Assembly (NCBI GenBank): GCA_963803975.1
Contig: CAWDOY010000005.1
Location: forward strand, 11,143-75,142
Source: an uncultured delta proteobacterium
Lineage (GTDB): Bacteria > Desulfobacterota > WTBG01 > CAIYCZ01
DNA length: 64,000 bases
Direction: 5' to 3'
Within the stretch, counting starts at the first letter, position 1; every line of letters begins with the position of its first letter. The notes below the pieces were generated by a model. That model ran no database searches and was not told the DNA's origin. It saw only the letters and a program-made list of their open reading frames with translations. The translations under genes were made by a program, and so were the position numbers. Below are positions 57,227-64,000 of this stretch, piece by piece.

Positions 57227-59318
57227 ATGCAAAGAAACAACGGGAAGCTGTTTTTCGTCAGCTTTTTAATGCTGTTTATGGAGCTGTTTTTAATCCGCTG
57301 GATCTCTACCGAGGTGCGGATTTTTGCCTATGTAAGCAATCTGGTGCTGCTGGCATGTTTTCTTGGCGTCGGAGCAGGCTGCTACCTTGCTAAAAAAGAG
57401 GCGAACCTTTTCATCACCCTGGCAATGCTGGTGCTGATCGCCCTTTCCGTTAAATGTCTGCCGTTTATTTATATCACTGATATGCTCGGCGGCTTTGCGG
57501 ATTCCATCATCTGGTTTCAATTCCAGGAGGGTAGCCTTATCGTGTCGCTGCAGGGGGTCGTGCTTACCATCTATCTGTTCCTGATGATTCTTGTTGCGTT
57601 TATACCGCTGGGGCAGATACTGGGAAGTCTTCTGGACAATCACCGCAATATCATCGCTGCCTACTCAATTAATATTATCGGCAGCCTTATCGGCATCTGG
57701 GTGTTCAGCCTCTTGTCGTTCTATTACACGCCGCCGTGGATGTGGCTGCTGAGCGCGCTTGTCATGCTCTTCTTTTTTATCCCCCGCTCAAAGCTGTACA
57801 TGACCGTGTTTGCGGCAGCATCGGTGCTGTGCCTGCTCGTTACCGGAACGCACAATCCCGGCAGAACTCTGTTGTGGAGCCCCTACCAGAAGCTTGAGGT
57901 ACGGCCATCAACCTATAAAGGGGTACAGAATGGATACCTCATTACGGTAAATTCAGTCAGCTATATGAGCGCGACCAATCTTTCCCGGGAGTTTTTACAG
58001 GGGCACCCGTCTTTCTATGACCCGGACATCTTACGATATAACCCGTACGAAATCCCCTATCTATTCCATAATACCCCTGACCGCGTGCTCATCGTTGGTG
58101 CCGGGGCCGGCAATGATATTGCCGGCGCCTTGCGCAACAAGGCCCGGGAAATAGACGCGGTGGAGATTGACCCCGGCATCCATGCGCTCGGCGCGCAGCT
58201 TCATCCGGAAAAGCCGTATCAGAATCCCCGGGTGCATACAGTAATTGATGATGCCAGAGCTTACTTTAAAAAAACAACTAAAAAATATGATCTCATTGTA
58301 TTCGGTCTCCTTGACTCTCACACGCTCTCTTCCCAGTACAACAATATGCGGCTGGACCACTACGTCTATACCGAGGAAAGCTTTCAGGAGGCCCGGAAGC
58401 TGTTGAAAGATGACGGCATACTGGTGGTCTCGTTTGCCGCACAAAAAGACTGGATCGGCGTGCGGCTGAATGGTGTATTGAAAAAGGTTTTTAACGAGGT
58501 GCCGTACACATTTGCGACCGTGCTTCCGGCGGAGGGTTCCCTATGGGGCAGCCTTATGTTTATCACCGGCAACAATCCGGCAAAGATTAAACAGTGGGTT
58601 GAAGCGCGCCCGGAGCTAAGAGACTATGTGCGTAAAAATGCGTTCCAGTGCTCGGGCTCGGTGAAGCTGATATCCGATGACTGGCCCTATCTCTACATTG
58701 AGGCCCCGTCTATCCCGCGCATGTATCTGCTCATCATCATGGCGCTGGCGGTCCTCTTCATTGCGGCGTATCGCCTTATGGGGAGCGCGGGAGAAGGCGG
58801 CATTAACTGGCATTTCTTTTTTCTGGGCGCCGCGTTTATGCTCCTTGAGTTCCAGAACGTGAGCAAATCAGCCCTGCTGTTTGGCTCAACCTGGATGGTC
58901 AACGCCTATATTATATCCGCCATCCTGGTGCTCATACTGCTGGCAAACATATGTGCCTATTATTTTCAAATTAAAAATACCCTGCCTGTTTATACCATTC
59001 TGCTGGCTTCTGTTCTGATGGTATATTTTATTCCCCTGGATATTTTTAATAATTTCGGGTATCCCGCTAAATCAATTCTGGTGTCGCTCATCATCAATGT
59101 CCCGATATTTTTTGCCGGACTCATTTTTATTACTTCATTCAGCAACGCTGCATCACAGGGACACGGCCTTTGGCTCAAACCTCATGGGCGCTGCCCTTGG
59201 CGGGCTTCTGGAGCCGCTTTCTTTTGTAATGGGAATAAAAGCGCTGCTGCTGGTAGTATTGCTCCTGTATGCCCTGTCATATCTTTTCTCTGCACAAAAC
59301 CGCAGGCAGCTGATTTAA
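57227..59318 (+). pseudogene. polytopic membrane protein with central spermidine-synthase-like (SAM-fold) domain; one frame break near the C-terminus
   Basis: The 711-aa track ORF has about 7 N-terminal TM segments, a SpeE-like core (VLIVGAGAGNDIAGAL...IDAVEIDP...YDLIVFGLLDSH) and more TM segments. The last ~55 residues continue in ORF 59097..59318 (DTAFGSNLMGAALGGLLEPL...). The break is at about 59150-59162. Confidence 0.65.
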
Positions 59319-59340
59319 AAGACAAGCGCACGAAGCAACA

Positions 59341-61813
59341 TTATTTCTTGCGCCGCACATAAAACCATGCTGCGATCCCGATTACTGTTAGCAAGCTTAT
59401 AAGCGCTCCGATTTTAAAGCTCACCGGCTCATACGCAAAGTGCACCTCATACTCGCCGGGCTCAAGGGCAATAGCCCGGAACGCATAGTTTGCCCGCATA
59501 ATTTTTTTTGGTTTTCCGCCTGATTGTCCAAACCTCATTGTTTTGCACCGGGTACACCACGGCTTTCCACCCCGGGTAGTAGGTATCACTTACTGCCAGC
59601 AATGAATTCTGCGGCACCGTAACGCGCAACCGTAACGAATTATTGCTCTCGGACAACATGCGCACCGAACCGGGTTTCGCAGCATGTGCAACATCGCCCT
59701 CCCACTGCGGCTGCTCTTCGAGAAAAACCTCCTGGTCCGGGTGGAATGACTTTGAGAGAAGTGGTTGAAGAATTTCTTTTGCAGCCAGCACCCGGTAGTT
59801 TTTAACCAGCCACGCCCGTTCATGAAAATTCCGGGTTTGATACAGCTTGATGGTATTCTTGTTTATCAGTTCCTCTCGTGCGCCCGAAAGCCCCTCTAAA
59901 CGGGCAGATACAAGCTCAAAGCGGGGCTCCTTGTCAAGCGGGGTAACTGATACAACATATTTTACCCCGTAGAGTTCAAGCAGATTAGTATCACCAATGG
60001 ATGCACGGGTAGTAAATGCCCCATACAGATCATCGCTTCGCTGCAGGCGGATAACATCAAGCCCCCACATATCGTGAATATTGTAAAGCATGTTCATGGT
60101 CGGCAGGTGTTTTTCCTTCATTGCCTCAAACGGCGAGCAGCCGGCTAATAAAATAGAACTGTCCTGCGCCGTAGTCTTTGCGGTTGAAAAGGTCCGGAAC
60201 CAGTCCCGGTCCGCAGTGATAATTTCCTCTATCCGGGTTTTCTTGAAATAGTCAGCTGTCTTTTCCTTTCCATAAAAACCCATAATGCCAAAAAGGTCAG
60301 CTATGAGACAAATGGTCAATAAGACCGATGCCCATTTCTTCCATCCCGATTCACACCCGACCCACAGCAAAAGCAAAAAAAGAATGCAATAGAATAAAAA
60401 ACGTTTCGCATGAAAGAGATTTATGGCGAGGTAATTGTACGCGGGGAAATCAAAACCCCAGATTTTAAGCAGGCCTTCAATCGTTTCATGCTGCAGCGTC
60501 AGCAGAAGCAGCAGCAGTGCTGACACACAGGACCATGAGAGCAGCAGTTTCTTAATCCTTGCGCGATACTGCTCTCCACAAAGAGCCTGGAATCCCAAAC
60601 CTGATGTTATAGAAAGCGTTAATATTGCTATATAGAGAAATTTTACCGGGTACCTGAGCCCCCCGAACAGGGGAACATAATTAAACAGCAAGGGATACAG
60701 CGGGTTGTATTGCCCCAGGGACAAAAAAACAGAGCTCACTATCAAGGCGGCATAGAGCTTTCTTCCCCGGCCTAATAAAAAATAGAGGAGGCTTAGAATA
60801 AAGGGAAGTCCTCCGGTGTAGAGCGTCTTCAGCCAGCATTGATTACTCCAGTATTTGTCTTTATTAATAAAATATCCATAGGCATCATTGAAAAAAAACA
60901 GGAGCATGTCCTTCGGAGAAAAGCTCCAGGTTGTTGCTTCGTGGAAGGAAAGCCCCCTGCCGCGTATTGAATGGCTGAACAGCTCGAGACAGGGAATGAG
61001 CTGAATCGCGGCAAGCAGGGCAAAGATGCAGAGCACCATGGCCAGGCTGCGAAAGCCATAGAGCAAATTTTTGTGCCGCTCATCACAAAAAAATAGCATC
61101 AGGAGAAGAATAATGACATTGCCGTAGACATTCTCAAGCCCTCCCCCTAAAAATGAAACAGCCATAAGGACGGCGGTTATAATCTCATTGCTGCTGCCCG
61201 GACGCATCAGCGCCCTCCTGAAAAACATGATGATCAGGGGAGTCCAGGTTACCGTGAGGAGCGTTGGCAAAAGGCTGTGAATAGAGAGCAGATACCCGCT
61301 CAGCATGAAAATAAGACCGGCAATGAGTGCGCCGACAGCGCCCGCTTTTAAATCTCTCAAGAGCAGATAGGTAAACACGCCGGACAGAAAGAAATGAAGA
61401 ACAATAATAGTGTTGAAAGCTATATCAAACGGGAGAATAAAAAAAAGGCTGTTTAAAGGATAGAGGATAGCGTATTGCGGGTTGGCAAAAAAGGGATACC
61501 CGCAGAACTGATACGGATTCCATAAGGGGAAATCCCCCCGCTTGATGCTCTCCACCCAGAAGAACCGGGGGGGAATAAAGTAGGCGCTTAAATCCCGCTC
61601 AATGAGAAGAAATCTGCCGGGAATGAGGTCGATAAAAAACAATACTGCAGCAGAAAGAAGGGTCAAAGAAGCATATACATCGCTTGATTTGACCCTTCTT
61701 GTATTAGCTGTAGCCGGATTAGTCACGGAGCATTGATCCGTCTGCAAAACAGTCTCAAGTTCGGCAATAGGTGGTACTTTGTTACGCAGTTCATGTCTCG
61801 AGCTGCAAATCAC
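59341..61813 (-). pseudogene. YfhO-like (GT-C superfamily) polytopic membrane glycosyltransferase candidate; one frame break near the C-terminus
   Basis: The 783-aa track ORF (59462..61813) has more than 10 TM segments and a large extracytoplasmic C-terminal domain ending ...DTYYPGWKAVV. The family-typical tail GGKPKKIMRANYAFRAIALEPGEYEVHFAYEPVSFKIGALISLLTV... lies in ORF 59341..59589. The break is within about 59510-59575. Confidence 0.6.
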
Positions 61814-62172
61814 CAGGTAGCTGTGGCAGAATAAACCGTTCCCGGAGCAGTTGTGCTGTAGGAAAACGTGTACGTATTTCCTGCGATGCTGACCGACATG
61901 GTGCTGGCACCTGCTGCAGTGGCATCAACGCCCTGGATCTGAGCATTGCTGACAACCGATGTCCAGTCATAGGTTGTGTTTTTAACAATATACTGGGCAT
62001 AGAGCATCGAATTGGCTGACCGCATTGAGCCCAGTATGGCCCGTGCCGTGGCATCTGCAGCAGAACTCTTTAAATCAATATAGCGCGGAATGGCTATAGC
62101 AGCAAGAATACCAAGGATCACGATGACCATGATCAGTTCAATAAGTGTAAAACCCTTTTGTGACTTTTTCAT
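61810..62172 (-). CDS. type IV major-pilin-like protein (MshA/PilA class)
   Basis: 120-aa ORF with GGAGGA 7 nt upstream of the ATG, a short leader and a canonical class III signal (MKKSQKGFTLIELIMVIVILGILAAIAIPRY). It is small and Thr/Ser-rich at the C-terminus. Confidence 0.85.
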   Translation of the reverse strand: MKKSQKGFTLIELIMVIVILGILAAIAIPRYIDLKSSAADATARAILGSMRSANSMLYAQYIVKNTTYDWTSVVSNAQIQGVDATAAGASTMSVSIAGNTYTFSYSTTAPGTVYSATATW

Positions 62173-62442
62173 AACTATTTCCTCCTTCGTTACGTTGCTT
62201 GACTAAAAAAATATGGTTTAATTCTATCTGCTTAATGTATTTCGCCTCTCTCATTGTTTTCTGTATTTGTAATTATCGCTGTTATCCTTGTTTTTCTTTA
62301 GTATTACCTGATAGTCCCTCCTTTTATTAATAGTATACTCCAAACAAAAATTTTAAACAATTTTTTATATATTTTAAGGCTGTACCCGGGGCCTTTTTAA
62401 AAAATCAGTGCCCCTGCTGCCATCTTGTTACCGCCGGATTGC

Positions 62443-63669
62443 TCAGGTTTTCGCAAACTTTGTCATATCCCACATGGGCAGAAAAATCGCCAATGCAAAA
62501 AACAGTACTGCCGCGCCGAGCACCACGGTCAGCAATGGCTCTATGTAGATTGCAAGCCTCTTGGTGTCGTTCTCTACCTCCATATCATAAAACTTTGCCA
62601 CTTTAGACAGCGTCTCATCAAGCATACCGGAGGTTTCCCCTATCGCAACCATCTGTATGACCAGGGGGGTAAACAGCTTATTCCGTTTCATGGGCTCGGC
62701 AAGACCGGTGCCGCGGTAAACACTTTCCCGTATCGTATCTATTGCCTCGGATATGATCACATTGTCAATGGTGCTGGCCGTAATCCGCAGGTTGTCAATG
62801 ATGGGAAGCCCGCTCTGATTGAGCAACCCTAAAATATGAGTAAACCGGGACAGCGACGCCTTCAGAAACAGGGGCCCTAATAGCGGTATTTTAATCTTCA
62901 GGCCGTCCCACAGGTGTTTCCCCTGAGACGTCCTGACATACCACGTGATAGCAATGCTCAAGCCGATAATGACCGCCAGAACATAGAACCAATAATCCTG
63001 CATCAGAGTATTCATGGCTATCAGTATCCTGGTGGGCAAAGGCAGTGCAACCTTAAACTGCTTAAAGATGTTCACAAATTGCGGTATAACAAAAATCACC
63101 ACGATAGCAAGCGCCAGGATTAGCGCCGTGACCACCATCTTTGGATAGCGCATGGCGGTTTTAACTTTTTCCCGGGTTTCTGCTTCATGTTCCGCCATCT
63201 CGGCAATGCGCAGAAAAATCTCCTCCAGCTTTCCCGAGGCCTCGCCGGCACGAATCATATTTACATAAACCGCGGGAAATAGTTTCGGATGTTTCGCCAG
63301 GCTTTCTGACAGGCTGCTGCCGCCTTCGATGTCCCGGCAGGCCTGTTCCAGAATTTTTTTAAATTGCTCATTCTTCATCTGCTGCGATATTGTTTTCAGG
63401 CTCTCAAGCAGCGGCACCCCGGCCCCTATCAGGGTAGATATCTGGAAGGTAAAAAATATTATATCTTCGGGCGGAATGCTGCGCACAAAAAAATCAGCTA
63501 TCTTCAGCAGCGATGATGTCGGCTGCTCTTTAACCGCTATGGGTATGTAGCCCAGGCTATCAAGGTGCGCACCGGCAAGTTCTATAGTGGAAGATTCCAC
63601 CGTACCACTGATGGCGGTGCCTTTTTGATCGCGCGCTTTATAACTGAAAACGGTCACCAATAACCTCAA
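62443..63669 (-). CDS. mshG: type IV pilus/T2SS platform protein (GspF/PilC/MshG family)
   Basis: 408-aa ORF with two GspF repeats (...LSESLAKHPKLFPAVYVNMIRAGEASGKLEE... and ...GLAEPMKRNKLFTPLVIQMVAIGETSGMLDE...) and three TM segments. Confidence 0.88.
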   Translation of the reverse strand: MRLLVTVFSYKARDQKGTAISGTVESSTIELAGAHLDSLGYIPIAVKEQPTSSLLKIADFFVRSIPPEDIIFFTFQISTLIGAGVPLLESLKTISQQMKNEQFKKILEQACRDIEGGSSLSESLAKHPKLFPAVYVNMIRAGEASGKLEEIFLRIAEMAEHEAETREKVKTAMRYPKMVVTALILALAIVVIFVIPQFVNIFKQFKVALPLPTRILIAMNTLMQDYWFYVLAVIIGLSIAITWYVRTSQGKHLWDGLKIKIPLLGPLFLKASLSRFTHILGLLNQSGLPIIDNLRITASTIDNVIISEAIDTIRESVYRGTGLAEPMKRNKLFTPLVIQMVAIGETSGMLDETLSKVAKFYDMEVENDTKRLAIYIEPLLTVVLGAAVLFFALAIFLPMWDMTKFAKT

Positions 63670-63760
63670 CGATATGAGTTATGGAGTTCAAGAGTTGTTG
63701 CGTTTCATTTTCGTTATGCTTTTTAACTCCGGCACTCCTCAACTCCTTGACCCCTTAACT

Positions 63761-64000
63761 CTATTGCATATGCTTCTGTATCATCGCAATCAGGGTGTCC
63801 ATATCAAACGGCTTCGTGATATAGCCATCTGCTCCCGTTTCAATGCCGGTGATGCGTTCAGAATCCTGGGTTTTTGCCGTGAGCATGATGATCGGGATGT
63901 GCTGATATTTTTCGTCAAATTTCAAAAGGCGCGACACCTTATAGCCGTTCATTTTCGGCAGCATGACATCAAGGATGATAAGACCGGGATTCTCGGTGCG
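63761..64000 (-). CDS. CheY-like response regulator receiver domain, C-terminal part (5' end outside window)
   Basis: The ORF is open to the window edge (...ENPGLIILDVMLPKMNGYKVSRLLKFD...IPIIMLTAKTQ...GADGYITKPFD). Confidence 0.8.
   Translation of the reverse strand, partial: RTENPGLIILDVMLPKMNGYKVSRLLKFDEKYQHIPIIMLTAKTQDSERITGIETGADGYITKPFDMDTLIAMIQKHMQ

Noticed and set aside
59502-59509. T8 (A8 on the coding strand) homopolymer near the frame break of the yfhO-like gene, considered as a phase-variable on/off switch for pilin glycosylation.
   Set aside because: Both candidate frames read KK-IMRANY across the run. The family-typical GGKPKK motif just upstream is already in the second frame, so the break probably lies further upstream (59510-59575). 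With about 12 frame breaks in the window, it cannot be separated from sequencing error.
62173-62442. Searched the region upstream of the major pilin gene for a sigma54 promoter (TGGCAC-N5-TTGC on the minus strand), as is common for type IV pilin genes.
   Set aside because: No acceptable -24/-12 match. The only TGGCA-like string (about 62410-62425) has the wrong spacing and sits at the end of the gspF-like gene. A weak sigma70-like TTGTTT-17-TATACT (62360-62332) exists but is too degenerate to call.
1-64000. Looked for CRISPR arrays, rRNA genes, toxin-antitoxin pairs, restriction-modification or other defence-island signatures, and prophage or integrase genes.
   Set aside because: There are no regularly spaced direct repeats, no rRNA-like sequence, and no ORFs with nuclease, methylase, integrase or abortive-infection hallmarks. 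The only mobile-type gene is the Y1 transposase-like ORF at 56211-57182.

Overview
64-kb bacterial chromosomal window, about 50% GC by eye, from a Gram-negative organism. The lineage cannot be fixed from the sequence alone.

Left third (1-23.3 kb), housekeeping:
- A partial ispH, followed by a small carotenoid-modification module on the minus strand: crtZ-like hydroxylase, GT1 glycosyltransferase, DUF2141 protein and CrtI-family desaturase.
- The conserved xseA-xseB-ispA-dxs-tlyA operon.
- A 700-nt ORF-free AT-rich leader carrying a c-di-GMP-I (GEMM-I) riboswitch in front of a secreted FN3/PKD-repeat protein.
- The rimP-nusA-infB-DUF503-rbfA-truB-rpsO-pnp-M16 peptidase block on the minus strand, tRNA-Gly(CCC) and lepB.

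Right two thirds (23.4-64 kb), a type IV filament super-locus:
- Two tandem paralogous fimT-pilW-pilV-pilX-pilY1 modules of about 7.7 kb each. Each ends in a ~1,730-aa PilY1-like protein with an inserted PA14 domain.
- A short thiolase/crotonase interlude.
- An MSHA-type assembly operon in the canonical order mshI-J-K-L-M-N-E. Its ATPase N-terminus carries the tandem MshEN c-di-GMP-binding motifs.
- A third minor-pilin set that is GspH/I/J/K-like.
- An atypical pilin-like gene bracketed by a 108-bp duplication of the 5' end of an IS200/RayT-like Y1 transposase gene.
- A membrane-embedded spermidine-synthase-like protein.
- A major-pilin gene immediately followed by a YfhO-like (GT-C) membrane protein.
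- The GspF/MshG platform protein and a partial response regulator.

Caveat: at least 12 reading-frame breaks interrupt otherwise conserved genes (ispA, pnp x2, pilY1-A x3, pilY1-B, the GspK-like gene x3, the speE-like gene, the yfhO-like gene). The density and the hits in housekeeping genes point to assembly indel errors rather than biology, so pseudogene calls here are provisional. No CRISPR array, rRNA or obvious defence system was seen.
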